A stretch of 64,000 bases of DNA from IMG/VR virus record IMGVR_UViG_3300022074_000002. The stretch is one strand, 5' to 3'. The stretch is from a virus. A program made the translations under genes and the position numbers. The notes below the pieces were generated by a model. The model was not told the origin of the DNA, did not search any database, and saw nothing but the letters and a program-made list of their open reading frames with translations. Of this stretch, positions 1-11,600 are shown piece after piece (position 1 is the stretch's first letter; every line of letters starts with the position of its first letter).

Positions 1-2
1 TC

Positions 3-3000
3 ATAGGTGGTACTGGTGATGGTGCAACTATAGGTGCAACTATAGATGGATTTGGTGGAAGTATAACTCAAGCAGGTAGTGCATATACACCTGGCGTTTA
101 CTTAAACATTCCTGTTGTTAGTAATGGTAGTGGTACTGGTGCTACTATTGATTTCACTGTTGATCAGATATCTGGTGCAATTACAAACGGTGGTATTAAC
201 TACTATCCTGGATCATATACAAACCTCAATGTAACAGGTGGTAGTGGTACACAGATGACTGCTGATGTGGTTGTATCTTCTTTTGCTGCTACTGTTACAT
301 CTGGTTCAAACTATCCTAGTGGTATATTCAAAAGTATTCCATTAACAGGTGGTAATGGAACTGGTATGTTGGTTAACCTCAACGTACAGAATGGTGGTGT
401 ACAACCTTTTGGTGGAGTTACCAGTAGTGAATTTGTATCTGTTACATCAAACTATACTGTAGGTGATGTATTAACAGGATCTATTCCTCTTGCAGGAACT
501 CAAACATTTATAGTTAAATCTTCTTTAGGTAACAAATATTTCATTGATGGATTTTTAGGTGGAGATTTTAACCTACTAAAAGGAAAAACATATGTCTTTG
601 ATTGTAGTGATAGTACAAACAATCAACACCCAATTTTCATATCTACTACACAAGATGATGCTAACACTATTCTTGATGCTGCAGATGGTGTTACATATGA
701 ATTAGATGGATCTACTGTAACTGGTGCACAATTTCTTGCTGGTTACTTTGCTGCAGCAACAAAAGTAATAACATTTGCAGTCCCATCTAACCCAAATAAT
801 TTAATTGTATATTATGGATGTAGTGTTCACCCACTTCAAGGTGGTTCATTAACTCTTACTGATCCAAATTCACAACAGAATGGATTCCAATTAGTTGTTG
901 ATACTATTGGTGGTACAGTATCTGAATTTATTGTTAACGCACCTGGCGATGGAAGTTATGCAGTAGGTGATGTAATTAGTATTGCTGCTGCAGATTTATA
1001 TGATGTAAACGGTGCAGATGCTGCAACATTAGGTTCTGGTTTACAGATTACTCTTGGTGGTAACTTTGGTGCGATTGCTGCATTAGATCAGATATCTGAT
1101 TTTGGTAGTGGTTATACAACTGGTGATCTATTAACTCTTGCTACTGCAGTCAATAATGTTACAACATATGCTAGAGGAGAACTTTCGTTTTTAGGTGTTA
1201 CATTTAACTCTAACGCTGGTGTAACAGCAATACAATATAGTGGTATTGCAGCGGGTGGTGCTAATAATTATAATAATATTTTAGTTCAAAACTTAACTTC
1301 TGCTGGTTCTGGATTGCGTGTTAATGTCGAGGTTATATTTGCAGGAGGAAATAATTCATATAATGCTGTAACCATTGTTGCAGCGGGTCAGGGATACTTA
1401 CCAGGCGATACACTGTATATACCAGGTAATCAACTTGGTGGTGCTGCTGGTGTTCAACCAGGTTCTGGTGGTAATGACCTTGCAATTAGTGTTGATACTA
1501 TTGAGGCAGGAAGTCCACAAGTTACTGTTGCTAGTACAACAGGTGTTGAAGTTGGAGATAGTGTTGAACTAATTCAGAATATTAATAACACAGCACAAAT
1601 TCCTGCTAATGTTACTGTCGCTAGTGTTGACAGTGCAACACAGTTTACGATGTCTGCAGGACCTACACAACCAGGTCAGGCAGATATAAAAGTTGTTAAC
1701 CAAAATCAAACTTACCTAACAGTTGCAGATAGTTCTAATATCGTTGCTGGAATGGTTGTAGTAAAAGTAAGTGGTAATGGTGAAATTATTGCTGGATCTA
1801 CAGTTACACAAATTGTAGATGCTACAACTGTAGAGTTATCAATTCTACCAACCATAGCTGGTGCACTGGTTGTTAATTTTGAACCTGAGTATGGTGGTGG
1901 TAGTGGATTTGAGTATACTGTTGGAACTCTAGGTTTTGCTAGTGAAGTAACCATAGTAGATGGTGGTAATGGTTATACAATAGGAGATGTCTTAAATGTA
2001 AGTTCATTTGATCTTGTACAACCAGAAGTATATGCTGTCACTAATTTACAGGTTGATAAGATTGTATTTACAAGCACCTCTCTTCCAGCTAATACATTTA
2101 GTGTAGGAGATTTGGTTAGAGATGCTGGTGGTGGAATACTTGCAAGTAATATTACAACTTCAACAACTGTAGGTGGTGCTGCAAATCAAAACTATACTGG
2201 AGTGGCACCTAGTCAAACATCTGGAAATGGTAGTAGTGCAACGTTTGATGTTACTAGAGATGCGGTGGGTGATGTATTATCTGCAACTGTTACCACAGGA
2301 TCTGAAGGTTACTTCTATGCGGTGGGTGATACAGTTACACTACCAGGTGCATCTGTTGGTGGATCAACTCCTGCTGACAACATTACGTTATCAATTTCAG
2401 CAATTACTTCTGCTGGTACTCCAGTTAAAATTCAGAAAGTTAAGACCAATGCTAATAATAATATTTCCTATATTATTTGTGATACATTTGGTTTCCAAGA
2501 TGGGTTTACTCTTGTAAGAGATGCTGCACCAACAGTAGCATATGATATTAACACTGCTGTTACTGAATATCGTTACTTTTTAGATCTTAATGATGGTAAC
2601 GGAGCAGTAATGACTCCTTCTTGGACAGTGTATGCTGGTAACAGTTATACGTTTGATTTAAGTGATAACACAAATGGTAGTCATGTATTTGCTTTATCTC
2701 AATTCCCTGATGGTAGATGGGCACCTAGTAGAGTTGAAAATTTAAGTACAACATTAAGTGCTAATACACCAACTATTACAGTCGCTTCGACAACTGGTAT
2801 TCAAGCAGGATTTACTGTTGAGAAAGTATCTGGAGATGGTATTATTCCTGATGGTACAACTGTACTATCAGTCGTCAACGGAACCACACTTACGTTAAGT
2901 GCAAACCCAACTACTGCTGGAGCAGTTGTATTTAATTTCTTTGGTGCAACATACACAAATGGTGTAACTGTAGACGGAACAAATCATACAATTAAGATTG

Positions 3001-5129
3001 CTGATGATACACCTAATCTTTACTATTTCTGTGCTACAGAAAATGTAGACCATGTTAACGAGGGTGGTGATGATAATGATGAAGCATTAATTACTGTCAA
3101 CACAAACAACCCTAAGACATTTGGTAGTGGTCTAGAGATAACAGTTACTGATGTTGTTGTAGAAGAAGTTGTAAAAGGTAAAGTAGATGATGGTGAATTT
3201 AGTGTACAAAAATTAGTAACACCAGACGCAGATATAGTTGCTGCTGCGATTGCAAATGCGACTGTTAGTGCAACTGCAACTCTTGCTGCCACTGTAACGA
3301 GTTCTATTACTGCGGTTACAAATGAAAACCTATCTCTTGCGGTTACAGATCCATTAACAAATAGTGTTGCTATAGATGCTGCTGGTGTTAATGTAGGGTC
3401 TACAATTCAAATTGCAGCGACGAGTGGTAATATTACAGGATCTGGAGAGTTAAAAGGTGCTTCTGTAAGTGTTGGTGATTATCTTAAATTATTAAGTTCT
3501 AATAATAGTCTATCATCTTTGGGTGGATATGACGTTATAGTTGCTCCTGACACAGGAAGAATTGCTGACGTCTTAACTAATACTGCTCTTGCTATTCCTG
3601 TTGGTAACACAGCAGAAAGACCTACTGCTGGTATTGTAAAAGATGGTTGTATCAGATATAACACAGATACAAATCAGTATGAAGGATATAGTACTAACTC
3701 TTTATCATGGTCATCTTTGGGAGGTGTAAGAGACTTAGATGGAAATACTACAATATTAGCAGAAGAAACTGTTGGTGCCAATGATAATACTCTATGGTTT
3801 ATTAACGATAATATTAATACAATTAGAGTCACACCAAATCATCTTGAGTTTGTAAATATGAAGAAGGTACGTTCTGTAAGCGTATCTGCTCCTGCATATA
3901 CAAATTGGAATGCAAATACTCCTGTAACGTTAGGTGAATATGTTAAGTACAAAAATAACTTATATGAAGTAACAGGTGCTGGTACTACCGCTACAAGTGG
4001 TAATGAACCAGTTCACACATCTGGTGCATTACAAAATGGTTCTGCAGAACTTACATATTCACAATTAGCGGTTGCTCCTCTAACATTTGAAGATATTGAG
4101 GAATTAAGAATAGGACCTCTAGGAGATCTTCCATTAAGTATTAATGGTGACTTAAGATTATTTGACAATGTAATTAATACAGACGTTAGTGATTTATTAC
4201 TTAGACCTAACTCTGGTAAGAGAGTTATTATTGATGCTGAAACATCTCTTGTAATTCCAAATGGATCTACTGCTCAGAGAGGAACAGCTGAGCAAGGATC
4301 TATCAGATACAATACTACAACTCTAACTTACGAAGGTTATGATGGAACTAACTGGGGTTCACTTGGTGGAGTAAAAGACGTTGATCAAAACACTTATATA
4401 ATTCCAGAATTATCTGCTGGATCAAATGAAAACATCTTGTATTTCTACAATGATGGAAGTAATACAATGCAGTTAACAACAACTGCACTTGACTTCTTCT
4501 CAGTAGATACAATTAGATCTCAGACAAGTCAACAGTTTGAAATTACTGCAAACTTGATGACATTTAATAATGCAGATACTACATTTGATAATACAAATGC
4601 ACTAAGTACATTCCTACATACTTCAAAACAGTATTTTGATCTTGGTGTTTCTACAGGTGTTTATGTAGATCCTATTTTAAGATTGGATGATCAAGGTGAT
4701 GTGTATTTAAATACTGGTTTCGGAACTGGTAGTTATAATGGTGTTAAAGTTTTTGATGGAGATCTAAAAGAGTTTGAACTTGCTGATGTTAAAATCTTAT
4801 CAGAGGTTATAACATTAACTAAAGGATCATCAAACAACGGTGGATCTAACATATATTCTGTTGCAGCTGCTAAAGGTGCGAAGGTAGTTGTTGTTGCAGA
4901 AAACTTACAAGATGGTGAAAAAGAGTTTATTGAATTTGGTGTCACAGATGATGGCACAGATATATTCCATACCGAGTATGGAAACTTGAGAACAGATTAT
5001 CAACTCATTATTCCTTCGTTTGAATTTACCGCTGGTAATGAAGCAAGGTTAAATATATTGTTAGGAGCAAATGTTCCTGCTACTAACTCAGTGAAGATTA
5101 CCTTCTCATCAACAATCACTAAGAAATAA
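3..5129 (+). CDS. Giant virion structural / tail-fibre-associated protein, 5'-partial
   Basis: The frame of the 1624-aa ORF (255..5129) stays open back to position 3 (ata ggt ggt act ggt gat...), so the gene starts upstream of the window. It is G/T/S/V-rich, with repeated 'GGxGxG...I..GGxGY..GD' modules, two cupredoxin-like modules, a CBM-like module and two 'IPxGxTAxR...G.IRYNT...EGY...W.SLGG' repeats typical of cyanomyovirus structural proteins. Confidence 0.8.
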   Translation: MGGTGDGATIGATIDGFGGSITQAGSAYTPGVYLNIPVVSNGSGTGATIDFTVDQISGAITNGGINYYPGSYTNLNVTGGSGTQMTADVVVSSFAATVTSGSNYPSGIFKSIPLTGGNGTGMLVNLNVQNGGVQPFGGVTSSEFVSVTSNYTVGDVLTGSIPLAGTQTFIVKSSLGNKYFIDGFLGGDFNLLKGKTYVFDCSDSTNNQHPIFISTTQDDANTILDAADGVTYELDGSTVTGAQFLAGYFAAATKVITFAVPSNPNNLIVYYGCSVHPLQGGSLTLTDPNSQQNGFQLVVDTIGGTVSEFIVNAPGDGSYAVGDVISIAAADLYDVNGADAATLGSGLQITLGGNFGAIAALDQISDFGSGYTTGDLLTLATAVNNVTTYARGELSFLGVTFNSNAGVTAIQYSGIAAGGANNYNNILVQNLTSAGSGLRVNVEVIFAGGNNSYNAVTIVAAGQGYLPGDTLYIPGNQLGGAAGVQPGSGGNDLAISVDTIEAGSPQVTVASTTGVEVGDSVELIQNINNTAQIPANVTVASVDSATQFTMSAGPTQPGQADIKVVNQNQTYLTVADSSNIVAGMVVVKVSGNGEIIAGSTVTQIVDATTVELSILPTIAGALVVNFEPEYGGGSGFEYTVGTLGFASEVTIVDGGNGYTIGDVLNVSSFDLVQPEVYAVTNLQVDKIVFTSTSLPANTFSVGDLVRDAGGGILASNITTSTTVGGAANQNYTGVAPSQTSGNGSSATFDVTRDAVGDVLSATVTTGSEGYFYAVGDTVTLPGASVGGSTPADNITLSISAITSAGTPVKIQKVKTNANNNISYIICDTFGFQDGFTLVRDAAPTVAYDINTAVTEYRYFLDLNDGNGAVMTPSWTVYAGNSYTFDLSDNTNGSHVFALSQFPDGRWAPSRVENLSTTLSANTPTITVASTTGIQAGFTVEKVSGDGIIPDGTTVLSVVNGTTLTLSANPTTAGAVVFNFFGATYTNGVTVDGTNHTIKIADDTPNLYYFCATENVDHVNEGGDDNDEALITVNTNNPKTFGSGLEITVTDVVVEEVVKGKVDDGEFSVQKLVTPDADIVAAAIANATVSATATLAATVTSSITAVTNENLSLAVTDPLTNSVAIDAAGVNVGSTIQIAATSGNITGSGELKGASVSVGDYLKLLSSNNSLSSLGGYDVIVAPDTGRIADVLTNTALAIPVGNTAERPTAGIVKDGCIRYNTDTNQYEGYSTNSLSWSSLGGVRDLDGNTTILAEETVGANDNTLWFINDNINTIRVTPNHLEFVNMKKVRSVSVSAPAYTNWNANTPVTLGEYVKYKNNLYEVTGAGTTATSGNEPVHTSGALQNGSAELTYSQLAVAPLTFEDIEELRIGPLGDLPLSINGDLRLFDNVINTDVSDLLLRPNSGKRVIIDAETSLVIPNGSTAQRGTAEQGSIRYNTTTLTYEGYDGTNWGSLGGVKDVDQNTYIIPELSAGSNENILYFYNDGSNTMQLTTTALDFFSVDTIRSQTSQQFEITANLMTFNNADTTFDNTNALSTFLHTSKQYFDLGVSTGVYVDPILRLDDQGDVYLNTGFGTGSYNGVKVFDGDLKEFELADVKILSEVITLTKGSSNNGGSNIYSVAAAKGAKVVVVAENLQDGEKEFIEFGVTDDGTDIFHTEYGNLRTDYQLIIPSFEFTAGNEARLNILLGANVPATNSVKITFSSTITKK

Positions 5130-5131
5130 AA

Positions 5132-5632
5132 ATGGCAACTACTATAGACAAGTTTGATTCAACTGGTGGTTTTTCTATTGCTAGAACCTCAGTTATTGAT
5201 GAACTTAGGAATGGTAAAGATTTCAACACACTTGAAATTAAAAATTCACAATACGCAGATAGCAATACAACAACATATATTTTGAGAGGTGTTAATACTG
5301 CATCTCTGGCATTGGATGGTGTAGGTACACAAATTCCTATCGCTAATAATACTATGAATTTTGTGACTGGTCATATTATCGCAGTTAATGACACTGGAGT
5401 TGTTTTCACTAACAAACTAGAGTCTGCAGTCTATTGCGATGGTAGTGGCAACGTTTCTGTTATGTCTACAATGGAGACTGTGATTAAAGATGACATTCCC
5501 TCAGGTCAAACTTGGTCTATCGTTCCCGTAGGTGCTTCAAACAGATTTTCATACTCAACAGTTAGAGCTGGTACTACGTCCACAATTAAATGGGCAGCAT
5601 CTACCAGAGTTACTAGTCTAGCTTGGGTTTGA
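5132..5632 (+). CDS. Virion structural protein (beta-rich, 166 aa), probable fibre accessory
   Basis: ORF sits 2 nt after the giant gene and has the same T/S/V/G-rich composition. Confidence 0.55.
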   Translation: MATTIDKFDSTGGFSIARTSVIDELRNGKDFNTLEIKNSQYADSNTTTYILRGVNTASLALDGVGTQIPIANNTMNFVTGHIIAVNDTGVVFTNKLESAVYCDGSGNVSVMSTMETVIKDDIPSGQTWSIVPVGASNRFSYSTVRAGTTSTIKWAASTRVTSLAWV

Positions 5633-5637
5633 TGATG

Positions 5638-5644
5638 CTAAATA
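5638..5644 (+). promoter_or_regulatory. T4-type late promoter variant (CTAAATA)
   Basis: TAAATA core in the intergenic gap 41 nt before the 3471-aa gene; g55 is present in the window. Confidence 0.55.
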
Positions 5645-5684
5645 TAACTGAGGATAATACAGGTTCTGGGAGTTAAACTGCGAC

Positions 5685-8600
5685 ATGGCAATTCATATTA
5701 ATTCCGATAAAGAAAAGTTTAGGGGCGTCAACCCGAAACTTATCGGCGACAATGAACTTACAATTAGAAGTGGAACTGGTTCTGATGAGAAAGAAATTCT
5801 TAGAACACAGTTAGACGCTAGTACAGGATTGCCCCGTGTTGGTATAAACAGAACGGGTCAAAGAGTTAATGACGTTCAAATAGATTCTGGTGGTTCTGGA
5901 TACATATCACCACCAACTGTAACTATTGCTGCACCACCAGGTGGAGGTGTTCAAGCACAAGGTTCTGCTTTTATTTTTAACGGACAAGTTGTTTCTGTTG
6001 CTGTTAACGAACCAGGCAACGGATATACTACTGCTCCATTAGTTACTTTATCAGGCGGTGGTGGTGTTGGTGCTGCTGCAACAGCAGTTCTCGATACTGT
6101 AGACTTTGAACTTGATATTAACGGTGCGATTAGAACCTCAACTTCTATCATCTCTGACACTGCGAGAATCCTTAACCTTGATATTGATAACTTTGTTACT
6201 CCTAACGCAGCATTTAGAGCACCATCTTTAAAAACATTTGTTAATAACTCTGGTACTCTTTGGTCTCCAAATATTATTCTACAGACAAATGCTTACAGAT
6301 ATTTTGGAGCAAACGTATACCAAGCATTAAACTCAGGACAAACAGGATCTGATGCACCTGTTCATACAGATGGCGAAGCATTAAATGGCGAAGTTAATTT
6401 CAAACATATTGGTTTCCGTGTTGTAGATACAAATGCATATGGATATAGTGCAACAGGACCTGCTGGTGAGTTTCCAAAATCTATTACACCTTTACTAGGT
6501 GATAGATCCGACAAGATTGCAACTACAGAATACGTCCTCAACCTAGCAACGAATGACGTTGGTGGTCGTATCTACGTTTCACAGCAAATTGGTTCTGATC
6601 TTAACGATGGTCGTTCTGCTGTAAACCCAGTTAGAAGTATTAAAAAAGCAGCACAATTAGCATGGTCAACACCTGGCGTTAAAGAAACTATTATTGTATC
6701 TGGTGGAGACTATGTAGAAGATAACCCAATCTCACTACCTCCTGATGCATCAGTTGTTGGAGATAACTTACGTCTTGTTATCATTCGTCCTGCTAACCCA
6801 CAGAAACATATCTTTAAGTTTGGTGATAAGAACTATGTAATCGGTGTTACCTATAGAGATAAGATTGACTCTAATGGTGACGCAGTTGCTACTTGGGACT
6901 TTGCTATGGTCTTTGACGATAAGCAAAGAGTCATAATTGATAAAGAAGCAAATGGAGATTCTGGAACATCTTGGCCAATAGGTCATCAAATATTCGGACC
7001 TCAACAGTTCCGTGTTGGTTTCCAAGACAACACTGGTTTAGCAAATCTAACTACTGGTTTACAAGTTGTTGGTGTTAACACTGGTGCTAGAGCAGATATT
7101 ATTGCTGTCGCATTTGCTCAAACTACAGGTGCGAGTGCATATGTTGCTGGTAATATTGATGTTAAATTAGTCAGTGGTTCTTTTGTAGAAGGTGAACAAT
7201 TTAATTACGTAGTTTCAGTTCAGACTGGTGCTCAACAATCATTGAATACATCAGGAACGACAGCTGCTAATAAAATTACATACACACAAGATCCTACTTC
7301 TGCAATTCCTGCAGGAACATATGTGTATCTTTCTGATGCTGGTAATGCAGCATTTACTGCATCAACTGGATATTATGAAGTTGCTTTAATTGAACCTAAT
7401 GATATTAACACTCCCACAGCATGGGAAGTAACCTTTATACCTCTTCTAGGTTCTACTGGTTGGAACAATGTATTCACAGCACAAATAGAAACCTTTACAG
7501 GAAATGCTACCGTCAATACTTTAAATACAAATTCTCTTCAATCAATTAGAGCTGAGGGTGAAGTTGTATCTGTTGACGAAGATTACGTTACATCATTACC
7601 TATTGCTAGAATTGACTTCTCATTACAAGGTGATGCTAGTATTGCTCAAGATGGTTTCCAAAGTGCACAGTTTGGTAACGCAGAAGATCTAGGTGGTATC
7701 GTATTCTACACAAACGCATTAGTTGGTAGAAATAATACACACGAGTTTAAAGATGGTCAAGAAATATTAATAGAAGGACTACCAACTTCCAACCCTGATC
7801 TATCAGTATTAAATGGTAAGCAAAGAATTTACAAAGTAATTGAAGATGCTGATGGTCGTTGCAGAAGATTTGTAATTCCTAAAAAAATGCCAGCAATCAC
7901 AGATGCTAATCTGGATCCTGGTCAATTTGCTATTGTAAAAACTTTTTCAAAGTCTATTACACTTACACTTCTAAACTCTCCAAACACCTTCCCAATATCT
8001 ACACCAGTAGAAAGAAGATTCCAAGACGCTTGTACATTCCTTCGTAACAACAGAGAATTTATTGCAGAAGAAGTTCTTGGTGAGGTTAATAATCAGTTTG
8101 CAAGATATCATTATTCTGTTTATGATATTGGTGCTGGTGGTGGAAATGATTTTAAAATATTTGTTGGACTTACTGGACAAGAACACACATACGTTTCTGG
8201 TGGTACAGTAACATTTGGTGGAAGCACTGTTAATGTAACTAATTTTGTTTACGATAATATTGTTACAGGTAATGCTACTGTTACAACTGCATCTCCTATA
8301 GCAGGATTAGCAGAAGATGATGTAATAAAACTAGAGGGAATGACTCTATCCTGTAGTGCTGGTAATAAAGTATATCCTGCATACAGTGCTTATAGTGCAT
8401 CAGGAGATGATGGTGATACACAATGTAAGCAAGATGTTGTTCACTTTATCAATGCTCTTATAAGAGACTTAGAATTTGGTACAAACCATAACGTTCTTGA
8501 AGGTTCTCAGAAATATATTGTTGGTGGTAAGATAACATATATTGATGATGAAATTATAGAAAATGTTCGTGCTATTGAATATGCTAGACAGTTAGCAATA

Positions 8601-11600
8601 TATTGCATAAACAACTGGAGAACTGGAACTGGAACTCCTACAGAACCAATCTATACACCAAAATATTCTAGTCTACCAAGATACTTTGATGACACTGTAG
8701 TTACATCTACAGCTTTGTTAAATGCAGATGGTAGTTCTAATGGTAGTGGAAATGCTTGTAATGATGTAACATCTGCTATTGATACTCTATCATTCTTATG
8801 GAACGATGTTATTGCTAACAATGCTAGTGGAACATATCTAGATGCTGCATACCTAATTTCTAGAAACAAAGTTCTTATTGCAGATCAAGCATTACGTGAT
8901 ACAGAAGCATACTTCCCATTCTTAAATCTTGATGATACATCAGAAAGAAAATGTCGTAGAGATGTTAGAAAAATATTAGATGGTTTAATCAGAGACTTAG
9001 TATTAGGTGGTAACGATGGTATCTTAACTGCTGCTGAATCATACTTTACAGGAACACAATTAACTGGTGTTCAAGAAGCACAACGTGCACCAACTTTATA
9101 TGCTGTTGGAAGAGCAAAATTATATGCTATCGCAGCAATGCGTAACTGGACTGATGGTAATGTTCTTGAAGTCACACCAAGCAACGCAACATATAATTCA
9201 ACATCAGGTGAATTAACTGTTTCATTCCCTGCTCCTTTAATAGATGTTTCTATTGGAGATAGAATTGCATTCAAAGAAGAAGCACTTAATTTCTCTTGTA
9301 CATATAACGGTACAACAGCAAACCATCCTGGTCCTGCAAAAACAGATCCATCTTATGGAAAGAGTTTTAACATATCAAACCTTGTAAGTAACGGAGTTAC
9401 AACAACAATTACATGTAATGTTGGAGATGCAGGTCCTGCTGCTGGTGTTGCTCACACATATACAGGTTCTGTAACTAACGGAACAATCATAATTTATAAT
9501 CCAACACAACTATCATCACCTATTCCTAAGTTTGAAGATTGGAATATACTTCTTGATGCTACTTCAAGTGCTGCGTCTAACATATTATCTCCAACAAATG
9601 CTACTTATGAACCAGGAACTGGTTTACTAGAATTAACAGTTCCATCTGGACATAACGTATCAACATCTAATGAAGTTAGAATTGCTCCTGACTCATTAAC
9701 AATGACCTGTGCGATGGATAACAACATCACAGAGCACAAATATCCACAAGAAGGACAACCAGCATTTGGTAATAATAGACCTGTAACTGCAGTAACTGCA
9801 ACTACAATTACCGTTGATGTTGGTACAGCAGGAGCAAACTTAACATTTACTCCAACAGATGCAACATATGACCCTTCAACTGGTTTGTTGGTTCTAACTA
9901 TTGGTTCTCATAGTTTAACTGTAGGCGAAGGTGTTGTTATTGCTAGTGACTCACTCACATTCACATGTGCGATGGATGGCAACCAAAGTCAGAAAACTTA
10001 TCCTCGTGCATCTACAGATTATGCTGCTGAAAGATCTCTGCCAATTGCTGCAGTAACTGCTGAAACTATTACTGTTGACGTAGGAACTGCTGGTGCTAAC
10101 AGAACATTTACTGCTACTGATGCAACATATACACCTTCAACAGGAGTCATGGAACTTACTGTTGGTCAACATGGTTTAGGTGTTGGAAAGGGTATTGTAA
10201 TTCTTGATAACTCTCTTACATTTACATGTGCTCAAGACGGTAATGCTACAAACCATTCATATCCAAGATCCACTGACCCTGCATCAGGAACTTCTAGAAC
10301 TATCACTGCTGTAGGTGAAACACAGCATACAATTACAAATGCACCATATGATCCTGCTACAGGAATAATAACTGTAACTATTTCAAATCATAATTTCTCT
10401 AATGGTGATTACATTAAACTTGATGATGATTCATTAACTTATACTTGCACATTAGACAGTAATGCATCTAATCACACTTATCCTCGTGCTACAGATCGTG
10501 TTAGTGGACGTTGGTTGGCAATTTCTAATGTAACACAAAATACATTTGAGATTAATGTAGGTGCTAACTCAGAAGGTGGAGCACATACATTCGTCAGTGC
10601 ATCATCAAATGGTTTGAAGAGACAGACTGGAACATTGACTGTTAATGTTGGAACATCATCTAACACAACAAACCACACATTTGTAAGTGCTACTACTAAT
10701 GGTATTACACATTCTCCAACCACAACTCACACATTTGTATCTGCAGCAGCTGACGCTGTAAGTCATCAACCATCTGCTGTTCATACATTCAAGAGAATGG
10801 ATGCAAACTCTGTGTCGGTATATGCTGCAGGAGCTGCACCATTATGTGCTGGAGTTGCTACATCTATCAACACAATCATGAGTACATTGACTGATGTGTT
10901 GGATGGTACGACTTCTGCTGGTTCTACAGCAAGAACATATGGAACTCTATTTGATGCCTCACTACTCTTTACATATCCTGATAGTTTCTTATATGATGAA
11001 TTTAATAAGAGAGTATCAATTCGTGGTAACTATGATGATTATCCAATCATTGAAGCATCTCCATATACACAGAACGCATCTGTTATCTCTTTCTTAGGAG
11101 GTGGTGGTGCACTGGTTGATGGATCTAAAGTCAAACAACCCAACTGCCCATTTCCTGGTCTTGAACTAGATGGAACTGCATCCTTCCCTAATCAGGGTAA
11201 GTCGATGGTTGCATCTGCATTCACGATTGTATCTTTTGGTGGTACTGGTTATAAGGTTATTAATGATGGTTACACACAGTTGGTTTCTGTGTTCGTTATC
11301 TTCTGTCAAGATGGTGTGCTTGCTGAGTCAGGTGGTTATTGTTCTATTACTAACTCTGCTACTAACTTCGGTACATTTGCTTTAAGGGGTGTCGGATATA
11401 GAGAAGAGTGCTACACATTTGACCAAGGTATAGTCAGTAACGTATCTGCTACACCTACAGGTAGAACAATACTTACAATTAGTGGATTAGGAAGAGAACC
11501 ACTAGAGCATTATGTTGGTAAAATTGATGGGTATAGAAATACAAACGTAAACATAGAATACTTTGTTGATGTTGTTGCTGCTGTTACTGTAGGTCCTCCA

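Noticed and set aside
9591-10812. Possible CRISPR-like or DGR template/variable repeats in the fibre
   Set aside because: The repeats are in-frame protein repeats diverged at synonymous positions, with no constant-repeat/spacer pattern, no adenine-specific variation and no reverse transcriptase in the window.
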